A stretch of 64,000 bases of DNA from Trueperaceae bacterium. Its GTDB lineage: Bacteria; Deinococcota; Deinococci; Deinococcales; Trueperaceae. The first letter of the stretch is position 1. Each line of letters opens with the position of its first letter. Of the stretch, positions 20,508 to 30,550 are shown piece after piece. The position numbers and the translations under genes were made by a program. The DNA lies in NCBI GenBank assembly GCA_965213925.1, contig OZ243927.1:2752001-2816000 (forward strand), written 5' to 3'. The notes beneath the pieces were generated by a model, which was not told where the DNA came from, searched no databases, and saw nothing but the letters and a program-made list of their open reading frames with translations.

Positions 20508-22559
20508 ATGGTGAACGGACTTAACAGAACGCGCTTTTCGGATGCTATCGCCTCTTTCGCACTGTGCCTCATTATGGTCACAGCGCTACTCAGCCTCCTT
20601 CCCTATCTCGGCGTAGCTCAAGCCCAGGCGCAGCCTCCGAATTATTCTTTTGAAGCCCCTAAAGTCGCCCTAGCGGGCGTTCCCTTCGAGCAGACCATTC
20701 GGGCGAGCGTGCCCCCTTCGGACCCCTTAGAACTGCGCGTCGGCGACCAAACCTTCACGGTCCAGCCCCAAGCGTTCTCGAACGTCGAGGACGGCATCGT
20801 CTCAGAAGCGACCGTCGAGGAGATCGTCGTTCCTTCGAGAGGTGCGTTCGATATGAGCCTCTCGCTGGGGGGTGAGACGATCTCCGAAGCCTCCTTTCAG
20901 GCGATCTTCGGCTGGTTGTCCATCTTGCCTGCCCTCTTAGCGATTACCATTGCGCTCGTTTCGCGGCAGGTCATCCCTTCGCTCTTCTTCGGCATCGCGC
21001 TCGGCGCTTGGATGACCTACGGGCTCTCCATTCCAGGGCTTTGGTTCGGCCTACTTGACACGATGCAGGTGTACGTCTTGGAAGCGCTCGTGCCGCCTAG
21101 CGGCGATAAGGGGCACATCTCCATCGTCATCTTCACGCTGATGATGGGCGGTCTTATCGGCATCATCTACCGCAACGGCGGCGCGCACGCCATCGCGGAC
21201 CGGATCAGCTCGCTGGCGAGCAACCGCAAGCGCGGTCAGCTCTCGACGAGCGGTTTGGGCTTCGCGATCTTTTTTAGCACCTACGCAAACTCGCTCATCG
21301 TCGGCAACACCATGCGCCCCGTGACCGACAGGCTCAAAATCTCGCGCGAGAAGCTCGCCTACATCGTCGACTGCACCGCCGCGCCGCTCGCAGCGATCGC
21401 GGTGATCTCCACGTGGATAGGCTTCGAACTCGGGTTGATCGAGTCGGCAGTCTCCAACATCGGCTTTAGCGAGAACGCCTACTCGATCTTCTTAAAGACC
21501 ATCCCTTACAACTTCTACCCCATCTTGGCCCTCTTCTTCGTGCTGGCGGTCGGCTTTACCGGGCGGGACTTCGGACCGATGGCGAAGGCCGAGCGGCGCG
21601 CCTTTCACGAGGGCAAGGTCGTGCGCGACGGCGCGAAGGTGGACGACAACGCGAGCGGCGAAGAGGGCGAAGGCGACGGCGGCAACGAATTGCAGATGAA
21701 AGAGGGCGTCAGCAAACGCTCGATCAACGCCCTGCTGCCTATCGGAACCCTGATCGCCACCGTCGCGGTAGGCCTCTACGTTACGGGTGAAGGGGATACG
21801 CTGCGCGACATTATTGGGAGCGCGCAGTCGAGCCGCGTGCTCGTGTGGGCGGGGCTGCTCGGCGTCCTCGTCGCGGCTGTGCTCTCCGTGGGGCAGCGCA
21901 TCCTCACCATCGGCGAGACCGTAGACGCCTGGTACGCAGGGCTCAAGTCGGTGCTCTTCGTCATGATCATCCTGACGCTCGCCTGGTCGCTCGCCGCCAT
22001 CGCAGTTGACCTCAACACGGCGGGCTACCTCGTCTCCGTGCTCGGCGACGCGCTGCGCCCCGAATTCCTGCCCGCCATCCTCTTCGTCCTCTCCGCCGCC
22101 GTCTCGTTTGCGGTCGGCACGAGTTGGGGCACGATGGGCATCTTGATGCCTTTAGCCGTGCCGCTCGTCTGGACGATTATGCAGAACTTCGGAATGGCAA
22201 CGCCCGAGTATAGCTACATCATGTACGCGACCATCGGCACCATCTTGGCGGGTAGCGTCTGGGGTGACCACTGCTCGCCGATTTCAGACACCACCATCAT
22301 CTCCTCGGTTGCCGCTGGCTCCGACCACATCGACCACGTCCGCACGCAGATACCCTACGCTCTCGCTGTCGGCGTCGTTTCGCTCGTCGTCGGGCTTATT
22401 CCTTCGGGCTTCGGCGTGCCGTGGTGGTTGACGCTGCCCGCTGGCGCTGCCGTTTTGGTAGGGATACTCTATATCTTCGGCGATGACATCGAGTCGGAGG
22501 CGCAAGCCGAAGCGGACGCGCCGCAAGATACAGGTGCAGAAGCCGCCTCGACCGACTAG
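20508..22559 (+). CDS. NhaC-family Na+/H+ antiporter or amino-acid transporter with an extra N-terminal exported domain
   Basis: SREKLAYIVD.TAAP, GTSWGTMGI, GDHCSPISDTTI.S....G.DHIDHVRTQ.PYA; AAGGAGG RBS. Confidence 0.9.
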   Translation: MVNGLNRTRFSDAIASFALCLIMVTALLSLLPYLGVAQAQAQPPNYSFEAPKVALAGVPFEQTIRASVPPSDPLELRVGDQTFTVQPQAFSNVEDGIVSEATVEEIVVPSRGAFDMSLSLGGETISEASFQAIFGWLSILPALLAITIALVSRQVIPSLFFGIALGAWMTYGLSIPGLWFGLLDTMQVYVLEALVPPSGDKGHISIVIFTLMMGGLIGIIYRNGGAHAIADRISSLASNRKRGQLSTSGLGFAIFFSTYANSLIVGNTMRPVTDRLKISREKLAYIVDCTAAPLAAIAVISTWIGFELGLIESAVSNIGFSENAYSIFLKTIPYNFYPILALFFVLAVGFTGRDFGPMAKAERRAFHEGKVVRDGAKVDDNASGEEGEGDGGNELQMKEGVSKRSINALLPIGTLIATVAVGLYVTGEGDTLRDIIGSAQSSRVLVWAGLLGVLVAAVLSVGQRILTIGETVDAWYAGLKSVLFVMIILTLAWSLAAIAVDLNTAGYLVSVLGDALRPEFLPAILFVLSAAVSFAVGTSWGTMGILMPLAVPLVWTIMQNFGMATPEYSYIMYATIGTILAGSVWGDHCSPISDTTIISSVAAGSDHIDHVRTQIPYALAVGVVSLVVGLIPSGFGVPWWLTLPAGAAVLVGILYIFGDDIESEAQAEADAPQDTGAEAASTD

Positions 22560-22593
22560 TTAGGGCTGCGCCCCTAAGCGCGCAGATAGCGCC

Positions 22594-22629
22594 GCGACCG
22601 GGTCATCCGCGTGAGGATGACCCGGTCGC
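22594..22629 (+). terminator. Hairpin terminator
   Basis: GCGACCGGGTCATCC-GCGTGA-GGATGACCCGGTCGC followed by TTT. Confidence 0.7.
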
Positions 22630-22892
22630 TTTGAGCAGCTAGAACGAGGCGTCTAATACCAAAGTGATTTGAGGATGGCACAATGTACCATTCTCAAACG
22701 CGCGTCACCCCCTGTGGGGTGCTCACACTTGACGCGCGTAACTTCTAACGCCCTCAGGTTTTGCCATCCTTTTTCCCAATCTGGTATAAGGCGCGCGAAG
22801 GGCGAGGTAGGGGTTGCGCGGTTATTATGCATCGTGTGGGTCGGACGCGGCAGTGCGTCTCAGCGTTATACGGAATCTGCCATAGTAGACCT

Positions 22893-24284
22893 TCAGGGCG
22901 CTCTCCCCTCTTCGATCAGCGCGTTGACCTTCTCCACGTACTGCTCCGGCTTCGCCTTGCGCTCCAAGCCGCCCGCCGACATATAGCGCACCTTGCCGAA
23001 GACCTCGCGCTCCGTCCAGCCCCGGTCATGCTGCCCGAACACCCAAGCGACGTTCGCGAACGAGTTCGGGTCGCGCCCATCTAAAAAGTACTTGTTGTTG
23101 AGATATAAGGTTGTCTCGTAAGCGTAGCGGGGCGTATTGCTCCACTGTAAAATTTTCTTGCCCCAGTACATCCGCATGTAGTTGTGCATATATCCTGTAT
23201 GGCGCATCTCCCGCATGGCGGCGTTCCAGTAGTCGTCGTGAGTTTGGGCGTCCTCGAGTTCTTGCCGCGTATACACGTACTCGCGCTCGTCGTCCTTATG
23301 CTCCTCTAAGGTTTCTTGCGCCCAGTCGGGCAAGCTCTTGAAGGAGTCGTACGTGTCGGGCATGTAGTACACGAAGTTCATCGGCAGCTCGCGGCGGATG
23401 ATGACCTCTTCTAAGTACGAGTCGATGTTGTTTTGCGAGGTGTGCGCCTCTTGGATTTGCAGCGCGATGTAAACAGGTGAAATCTGCCCGAAGTGGAGGT
23501 ACTTGCTCATGTGCGACACGTCGCTGGTTTGCGGCTGGTTGCGATTCGAGTCGTACGAGCTGAATTTGTTTTCGATGAAGTTGTCCAAAATCGCTCTGCC
23601 TTGCGAGGTGCCCCCCTTAAAGAGGTGGCTGACGGGCTCGACACTCTTGTCGAGTTTGAGTTCATCCACCAACGCCTCGACGTCGCTCAGGTCGAGCCCG
23701 TCCACGCTCATGTTCTTGGAATACTTGTCTAAAGGCGTCGTGCGCAGTTCGACCAAGAAGTCGTCTAAGTGCTTTTGGATTTTCGGGCGAATCGTGCGGG
23801 CGGCGTACTCCTTTTTGTCCGAGACGAGTTCGACCGGCACGACCACGTCCGACTCGACTTGCGTGACGAGACACGGCGCTTCATCCGCCACGCGCCCCCG
23901 CCACTGACGCTGGTTGCGCATGTACCCTCTATCGCAAACGATCAGGGAGGCGTCCTGTCCGAGTCGCAACGCCACCTCATCGGGTGAACCTCGCTGCACC
24001 ACGAACTTGATGTCACGCTCTTTTAGCGAGGTCTCGACCTCTTGTAGCCCCTCCAGCATAAAGGTGTAGTGCCGCGCGTTCGCCTCGGGGTAGTCGTCCA
24101 TCAGCCCGAAGCAGACCAAGAGGCGCTGCTCTAAATCGTTAGCTCTCTGGATAGCGTACTCGAGCGCGTGGTTATATTCCGTGCGCTGCGAACTCTGCAT
24201 CCAGTAGAGGACGTAGGACCCGTCACGTACCTCTTTACCATTAAGCTGTTGAATTCGCGCGTCTTGGATGAATTTGGTTGCCAT
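22893..24284 (-). CDS. phrB: Class II CPD (deoxyribodipyrimidine) photolyase
   Basis: VLYWM, SKYLHFGQIS, GYMHNYMRMYWGKKIL.W, DGRDPN, FGKVRYM; start moved to MATKFIQ. Confidence 0.93.
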   Translation of the reverse strand: MATKFIQDARIQQLNGKEVRDGSYVLYWMQSSQRTEYNHALEYAIQRANDLEQRLLVCFGLMDDYPEANARHYTFMLEGLQEVETSLKERDIKFVVQRGSPDEVALRLGQDASLIVCDRGYMRNQRQWRGRVADEAPCLVTQVESDVVVPVELVSDKKEYAARTIRPKIQKHLDDFLVELRTTPLDKYSKNMSVDGLDLSDVEALVDELKLDKSVEPVSHLFKGGTSQGRAILDNFIENKFSSYDSNRNQPQTSDVSHMSKYLHFGQISPVYIALQIQEAHTSQNNIDSYLEEVIIRRELPMNFVYYMPDTYDSFKSLPDWAQETLEEHKDDEREYVYTRQELEDAQTHDDYWNAAMREMRHTGYMHNYMRMYWGKKILQWSNTPRYAYETTLYLNNKYFLDGRDPNSFANVAWVFGQHDRGWTEREVFGKVRYMSAGGLERKAKPEQYVEKVNALIEEGRAP

Positions 24285-24655
24285 GAAGTTACTGTGCCGT
24301 GAGTCAATAGTTTTTTCAGTTGGGCAGAGCGCTTTCTCGAGGCGTTGAATTTGTCCGCAGACTCTAAAGTTAAAAATTTTTAATGCAGCACAACTTGTAA
24401 CTCTCGCTGTGATTCCTACACGCCTCTTTCGACCTCTTATCCCTAATATAGACAATACCTCGCAATGGGATGACCGAGGAAAACCCTACAAGCTGTAGAG
24501 CAAGCCAGTGGTGAAGCGGTTTAATACCGCTTTCGCCCGTGACCTTGCTGCTTTGCAGCATCTTAGAGGAGAACAAAGCGAACGAGAGAGATTACAAAGT
24601 CGATCCACACAACACGAGCCCAAAAACAGATTCTATTTATTCCGAGGAGCAAAAC

Positions 24656-24790
24656 ATGTCCGCAATCCTGATAAGCGCGTTGTCCATTTCCATTTCACTA
24701 ATGGCACTTGCGGCTTACAATTCGCACAAGCAAAAAGTTCTAGCAAACCCCGCAACGGTTGGTACATCGGATGAGCGAGGTATGGCCTAA
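24656..24790 (+). CDS. Small 44-aa membrane/secreted peptide
   Basis: GAGGAG RBS, hydrophobic N-half, TAATG overlap with the next gene. Confidence 0.45.
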   Translation: MSAILISALSISISLMALAAYNSHKQKVLANPATVGTSDERGMA

Positions 24791-26337
24791 TGAACGCTTC
24801 CGCACGCCGAATTGCACTTCTCGCTCTCCTTGTCGCCGTCGCAGGGTGTAGCCAACAACCAGTAGACAAACAGAGCGACGTTATCACCTACCTCAAGGAA
24901 GCTAAACCCGTACCCGTTCAAACAGCGCAGATAAGCGCCGTAAGCGCACTTCTTGAAGAGGAATTCACCAGCGGTGAACTCAGCGCTCTAGGTCAGAACA
25001 AAGTCTACACGAAGACCTTCACAGCGGTAGATATTTACGACGCCCCCTTCGTTCACATTAACATCACCTCGCCTAAAAAGATCGGTAACATTTGGCAGTT
25101 TGCCAAAAAGTTAAAGGGCGACGAGTGGCCTAAAGGCGAACCCTCAGCTTGGGGCGTGACCATCACAGGTGCAACCGAAGCGCGTGCCCCTGTCTCGCAG
25201 ATAGAGTACGGTCTGGACACCCTCCAAGACATCTATAAAACCGTCAAGGCGATGGGCGGACCCGGTAAGTTTGAAAAAATTGTCGCGCCCCTTTCAGCCG
25301 TGTTTTGGTTGGAGCATAAAGACGGCAGCTTGTGGAGTATTTACACACACGAGAAAGTTTCTGATGAAGAATACGAGCGTGGCAAAGCGATGTATGACGA
25401 GATTTTGGCAGGTCTCGACATCAGCGAATCGGACGAGATTATGGAAGCAGCTTGGACAACGGAGCCCGCTTTGAGCACTGCCTCAAGCTCATCCGATGGG
25501 TCTTTTGACCTTACGACGCTAGCTTCAACAGAGGAGATTGCTGATATTGCTGATACCTTCAGAGATGAACTCATATATAAGCACAGAGGTTCCTGGACAA
25601 ATCCTGAGGCAACGCAAAGAACCTTAATTGGTAAGGGCGGCTTTGCTCAAGGAGTTGAATACTATGACCGACCTGGTGAAAGGTGGCGCGTTGGTAGCTG
25701 TCTAGGCTTCGGTAGACCGACTGATTCAGAGGTTATCGGCTGCGGTCCTGCAGCGTTCTCCGCTATGCTCACCTATCACTTCAAGTATCGTGGTGCGAAA
25801 GTTAATGGGTCTAAACTAGGCGACCCCGTCGAGTACATGACCTTTCCAGCTATACCCTCTTTAGGCATTCCGTCAAGAACAGTAAAGATTAGTGACGGAA
25901 CATACAAATCTTTCAAACGATTTGTGAGCGCACCTGTGGGTTCGCGGGACTATCCGCGTATAATTGACTATATGGGGTCCTGCTTCGTCAGTGGGGAAGT
26001 AGCGACTTCGGGCGGCGCTTTCTCGAATGGTGGCACAGCGTTCTTAGCAAAGCATGTACCAGACCTCAAGCTAGCTTACAACTGGTCACGCGGGTTCTCT
26101 AATCCAGGAAGCGTGCGAGGCAAAGTCGATAGACTACGCTACGCGCGAGACGCTAATCGACCAGCCGTAGTATTGTATCCGACAGGCACGCTCGCTTTTC
26201 ACTTCTCTTTTGTGAAGGCGTGGAAGGCAAAGCGATTAGACTATGGGCTCTTTATACAACCGGAGAACGATACGCACCAGTGGGTCAATATGGGCGACAC
26301 ATTCAGAGGAGAAGTCGGTGTTTGGTCAATTTACTAA
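24790..26337 (+). CDS. Lipoprotein with a putative C-terminal papain-fold (C39/C10-like) cysteine peptidase domain
   Basis: Lipobox VAVAGC; GCGPAAFSAMLTYH (candidate catalytic Cys helix); PAVVLY...FHFSFVKAW (candidate His strand). Confidence 0.7.
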   Translation: MNASARRIALLALLVAVAGCSQQPVDKQSDVITYLKEAKPVPVQTAQISAVSALLEEEFTSGELSALGQNKVYTKTFTAVDIYDAPFVHINITSPKKIGNIWQFAKKLKGDEWPKGEPSAWGVTITGATEARAPVSQIEYGLDTLQDIYKTVKAMGGPGKFEKIVAPLSAVFWLEHKDGSLWSIYTHEKVSDEEYERGKAMYDEILAGLDISESDEIMEAAWTTEPALSTASSSSDGSFDLTTLASTEEIADIADTFRDELIYKHRGSWTNPEATQRTLIGKGGFAQGVEYYDRPGERWRVGSCLGFGRPTDSEVIGCGPAAFSAMLTYHFKYRGAKVNGSKLGDPVEYMTFPAIPSLGIPSRTVKISDGTYKSFKRFVSAPVGSRDYPRIIDYMGSCFVSGEVATSGGAFSNGGTAFLAKHVPDLKLAYNWSRGFSNPGSVRGKVDRLRYARDANRPAVVLYPTGTLAFHFSFVKAWKAKRLDYGLFIQPENDTHQWVNMGDTFRGEVGVWSIY

Positions 26338-26779
26338 AGTCGCAGGGCTACTCTTAGCTCTTTCGCTACTCGGAGGGTGTGCTCGCACACCCTACCTCAT
26401 TTTCCTGGGTGTGGTCAACGACTATCCAGGAATAGAAGATATGGACACTTATTGTACAGGTGGATTAGAGGCAAGCCTTGCACTGCAAGACATGAAAATT
26501 GAAAGTGGTTTAGTTGCTTCAGGTAAGACTAGGAGTGTTGATCTTATTGTGCCAGAGAATGCAAGACCAGGTACGATTCTTACGACTGAAGCACGATGCT
26601 ACAAAGATGGAGAAGAAGTAGGATACGCTTTCGTAGAAAAACCCTACAAATCTCCTAGCATTCCAGGTGTAAGCGTTTTTGCTCCACCTACTGAAGGACT
26701 ATCAAAAATCACCGATTGCGTAGACTTGACAGAAGCAAGAGGCGTCCCAATCTGTATTAAAGGCGACCCCTACGATTAG
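26318..26779 (+). CDS. Cys-rich hypothetical lipoprotein
   Basis: GTG 26318 after GAGGAG; LLLALSLLGGC lipobox; four further Cys; overlaps the upstream stop codon. Confidence 0.7.
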   Translation: MFGQFTKVAGLLLALSLLGGCARTPYLIFLGVVNDYPGIEDMDTYCTGGLEASLALQDMKIESGLVASGKTRSVDLIVPENARPGTILTTEARCYKDGEEVGYAFVEKPYKSPSIPGVSVFAPPTEGLSKITDCVDLTEARGVPICIKGDPYD

Positions 26780-26871
26780 AAATGCCACGCCTCCTCAACA
26801 GAAACTCGCTCAAACTGCAAGGACAGTTTGAGCGAGTTTCTCGAAGAAGAGGTCGACACTTTGAAAGCCCG

Positions 26872-27159
26872 CTAAACATCATCGTAGTGCTCAACTACCG
26901 GAAAAGGATCATAAAAGTGATGCAAAAGCGCCTTCCACGTCTCATACTCCGCCGACTGCCGAAAGCCTACCGTATGGTCTTCTAGCGTCTCCCACTGCAC
27001 CAACAAGAGGTAACGGTTCTCCTGCTCTAAACAGCGTTTAAGCTCGTGCGAGAGGTAGCCTTTCATGGAAGCGATAATCGGCGCAACTTGGGCGAAAGCA
27101 CCTTCGAACACGCCTATCTCGTTAGGTTTTATATCTAAAATCGCGACTTCTAAGACCAT
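26872..27159 (-). CDS. Antibiotic biosynthesis monooxygenase (ABM) domain protein
   Basis: GYLSHEL.R.LE...RYLLLVQWETLEDH..GFR.S..Y..W..LLHHFY. Confidence 0.88.
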   Translation of the reverse strand: MVLEVAILDIKPNEIGVFEGAFAQVAPIIASMKGYLSHELKRCLEQENRYLLLVQWETLEDHTVGFRQSAEYETWKALLHHFYDPFPVVEHYDDV

Positions 27160-27222
27160 GCTGTTCTCCTCAACTGCGACACCTTACCAAGTTGTAAGGG
27201 CGTGAACCCTTGACGCTTAACT

Positions 27223-27714
27223 ATGGCTAAACGCATCCAACCCAAAGAGGGTCAAGAGTCCGTTTGGGACTATCCGCGCCCGCCCGCTGTCGAAGACGTG
27301 AGCAGGCACGTCCGCGTGGTCTTTAACGGCGAGGTCATCGCCGACACAAACCGCGCTAAGCGCGTTCTGGAGACCTCCCATCCGCCCAGCTACTACATTC
27401 CTCCTGAAGACGTAAAGATGGACTATCTGCACCAAACAGAGCGCATGACGATGTGCGAATTCAAGGGACGAGCGGCGTACTGGACGGTGTGCGTCGGGGA
27501 TGAAGAGGTCGAAAACGCGGGCTGGAGCTATCCGAATCCGGTGCGCGGCTACGAAGGTCTCGAGGACTACATCACCTTCTATCCGAGCAGGATGGAGGCG
27601 TGCTATATCGGAGACGAAAGGGTGCAGGCGCAAGAGGGGGACTTTTACGGCGGCTGGATCACCTCGGACATCGTCGGACCGTTTAAGGGTGGGGCAGGGA
27701 CCTGGGGTTGGTAG
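27223..27714 (+). CDS. DUF427 domain protein
   Basis: ESVWDYPRPP, VLETSHPP.YY.P, CEFKG.A.Y, FYGGWIT..IVGPFKG. Confidence 0.88.
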   Translation: MAKRIQPKEGQESVWDYPRPPAVEDVSRHVRVVFNGEVIADTNRAKRVLETSHPPSYYIPPEDVKMDYLHQTERMTMCEFKGRAAYWTVCVGDEEVENAGWSYPNPVRGYEGLEDYITFYPSRMEACYIGDERVQAQEGDFYGGWITSDIVGPFKGGAGTWGW

Positions 27715-27793
27715 AAAGGCAGCCGGTAGTAGGGGCGCGTAGAGCGGCGTAACCGCTACAGCTCGGCAGGACGCTCACAGGTACACTCGTGAA

Positions 27794-30007
27794 GTGGAGT
27801 TGCTGCGCGCCGATATCACGTTTCGCCGAGACGGTCGCGAGCTTTTAAGGGACGTCTCACTCACCCTGCGACCCGCCCAGCGGCTTGGCTTAGTAGGGCG
27901 CAACGGCGCGGGCAAGTCCACCTTGCTCAGCCTCTTGGCGGGCGACCTCTCCCCTAGCGAAGGTCGCGTGCGCAAATCGCCAGGCGTGCGTCTATTTTTA
28001 GGACGAAAGTCTGAGGAGTACGCCCCTCGAGGCGCACCGAAGACAAACATGACGGTATGGGAAGCAGGGCTGCGCGCGCTGGCGCACGTGCGCGACCTCG
28101 AGGCTGCCCTGCGCGGCGCGGAGAAACGTTTAAGCACCTCGAAAGATATAGAACACGACTTGGCACGTTACGCTGAGCTGACCGAACGCTTCGAAGCGGC
28201 GGGTGGCTACGCGGCGGAAGGGATGCTAGAGCGCACCCTCGCCACCTTCGGCTTCGGACCCTTAGACTACGCTACCCCAGCCGCTGCCCTCTCGGGGGGC
28301 GAACGCGCGCGCTTAGAGCTGGCGCTCGCTTTTACTGCTCAGCCCGACGTGCTCCTCTTAGACGAGCCGAGCAGCCACCTCGACCTCGTGACGCGCCCTA
28401 AACTCGCGGAGCAGATGAAGCGCTATCCCGGCGCACTGCTCTTTGCGTCGCACGACCGCGCGCTTTTGAACGCGGTGTGCACCCACGTACTGCACCTCGA
28501 GGCGGGCACCCTCACGCGCTATAAGGGGAACTACTCGAGCTTTCGGCAAACGCAGGGCTTCGCGCTGCGCACCGCCCAGAAACGCGCTAAGGAGCGTGGC
28601 AAAGAGGTTGCTGCTTTAAGTACATCGGCAGAGCGCCTCAAGGGTTGGGGCACGCCCACCGCGGCGCGGCAGAGGCGGAGCGCTCTGAAGCGTTTAGAGC
28701 GTCTGCAAGATCGGGCAGTTGCGCCGCGCCCGTCGACCCCAAAAGAGCTTCCTACCGCGTCGCAAAAAGCAAAAGGGACGCTCCTGAGCGCCCTGCACCT
28801 CAGCAAACGCTACGGGGAACGCACGCTCATCGGCGACGTCTCCTTGCGCGTCGAAGCGGGCGACAAGGTCGCGCTGGTAGGGGCGAACGGCGCAGGTAAG
28901 TCGACCCTACTGGAGCTGCTGACGGGCGAATTAGAGTCCGACCACGCAGAAGCGGCCCTGCACTTCGGTCGCCACACGAAAGTCGCCGTGTTCGACCAGG
29001 AGACGCGGGGCTTAGCGGCGGACGCGCCGCTTCTGGCGCAGCTTACGCGCTACGTCTCCGAACCCAGGGCGCGGATGCTGCTCGCCTTGGTCGCCCTAGC
29101 GGATGCGGCGGATAAAATGACGAGCGAACTTTCCGAAGGACAAAAAGCGCGTGCGGGCATCGCGCTCATCCTCGCGAGCGAGGCGAATTTGCTCATTCTA
29201 GACGAGCCGACGGAGCATCTGGACATCGAGATGATAGGGCGCTTGCAAGGTGCGCTTCAGGGGACCGACGCGGCGTTTGTTCTCGTCTCGCACGACGCGG
29301 CGCTCGTCGAAGTGGCGACGAGGGTCCTCAGTTTGGAAGCGGGTGAACTGAAAGAGTATCGCGGCGGCTTAAAGGGCTATTTTCGCGGCACATTGCGCTT
29401 GGAGCCCGACCTGCCGGCACTCGACGATGCGCCGGTCGGGAAGGAGAGCTTGGAGGACGAACTCGAGCGCCTAGAACTCTCGCGGCTCGAGCTAGAGGAG
29501 GCGCGGCTCACCTCTTACCACTTGAGCGAGCGCGAGCGCGTTCGGCTAGAGCGGCGCTACGCGGACCTCTTGGACGACCTCTTCGCGCTGTACGAAACGC
29601 GGCACTTCGTCCCCGCGCCGCTCTACAGAAAGCGTGAGGGCGTGGTCTACGTCGAGGTCGAGGCGGGCGAAACCGGTTACCTCTTTTCGTCGAACGTGGG
29701 GCTCGGCGTGCGCCTGTTGGTGGACGGTTCACTCGGACACCTCAGCCTCATCCACCCGGACGGACGGTGCGTTTTGCCTTGGGCGAGGGACGCCGCGCTG
29801 CGCACCGTCGTAAGGATTGCGCTCGAGCACCTCGCCCTGCACGCGCTCCAAATCCAGTCGGAGGACGACCTGAGCGCGGCAGGCTTGGCGGAGGCGGGCG
29901 GCGACTGGTGGGTCTTGAGCCGAAGGCGGTATGAGGTCGCGCAAGGCTACGTCAGAGAGGATAGGGACTCGCACGCTGCATCTGGTAGGTTTCTATCACC
30001 AAGGTGA
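27794..30007 (+). CDS. ABC-F family ATPase with a long C-terminal extension
   Basis: Two NBDs (GRNGAGKST/LSGGE/LLLDEP; GANGAGKST/LSEGQ/LILDEPT), YKGNYS linker, no TM segments. Confidence 0.88.
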   Translation: MELLRADITFRRDGRELLRDVSLTLRPAQRLGLVGRNGAGKSTLLSLLAGDLSPSEGRVRKSPGVRLFLGRKSEEYAPRGAPKTNMTVWEAGLRALAHVRDLEAALRGAEKRLSTSKDIEHDLARYAELTERFEAAGGYAAEGMLERTLATFGFGPLDYATPAAALSGGERARLELALAFTAQPDVLLLDEPSSHLDLVTRPKLAEQMKRYPGALLFASHDRALLNAVCTHVLHLEAGTLTRYKGNYSSFRQTQGFALRTAQKRAKERGKEVAALSTSAERLKGWGTPTAARQRRSALKRLERLQDRAVAPRPSTPKELPTASQKAKGTLLSALHLSKRYGERTLIGDVSLRVEAGDKVALVGANGAGKSTLLELLTGELESDHAEAALHFGRHTKVAVFDQETRGLAADAPLLAQLTRYVSEPRARMLLALVALADAADKMTSELSEGQKARAGIALILASEANLLILDEPTEHLDIEMIGRLQGALQGTDAAFVLVSHDAALVEVATRVLSLEAGELKEYRGGLKGYFRGTLRLEPDLPALDDAPVGKESLEDELERLELSRLELEEARLTSYHLSERERVRLERRYADLLDDLFALYETRHFVPAPLYRKREGVVYVEVEAGETGYLFSSNVGLGVRLLVDGSLGHLSLIHPDGRCVLPWARDAALRTVVRIALEHLALHALQIQSEDDLSAAGLAEAGGDWWVLSRRRYEVAQGYVREDRDSHAASGRFLSPR

Positions 30008-30550
30008 AAAAGGAGCATGTCAGGCTATGTCAAGGAGCAAGACAGCACCCTACGCGCCGTATCCAGCGCTTCTCATCCGGGCAAAATGAGTTTTATGCTA
30101 CACTCCTGATCGTGTCGAACGTTCAACCTTAACGTCGTACGCGCCGCGCGCGAGCGCCGCCGTCTCTACGGTTAAGCTATAGCTAGCTCGTCGACGAGGT
30201 TGATTTGAGAGGAGGCAGGTGATGGTTCTAAATTTAGTCACAATGATGACCACCTAGAAGCGTGCGTGTCGCCTTTGCCCCTGCCATTCGGCCCCGAGTA
30301 AAGCTGCGCCACCCACCCTTCACAATTTAGGTCGTTTAAGAGAGCCCGTTAAAGAGGTCGTTCTCGAGTCACGTTTGTAGGAATAACCTCGAGAGGAGCA
30401 CCCTGTACGTTTCGCATCGTCTTGCATTGTCACCTTCCGCAAAAGCGCCGTCATAACTGCAGTCGACGCGCCCTTTCGGAACATTCGTCACGTGCTTAGT
30501 AACCTCTTACTTTTCGTAACACCCGTTGCGCCCATCCTTCGGAGGATGTC

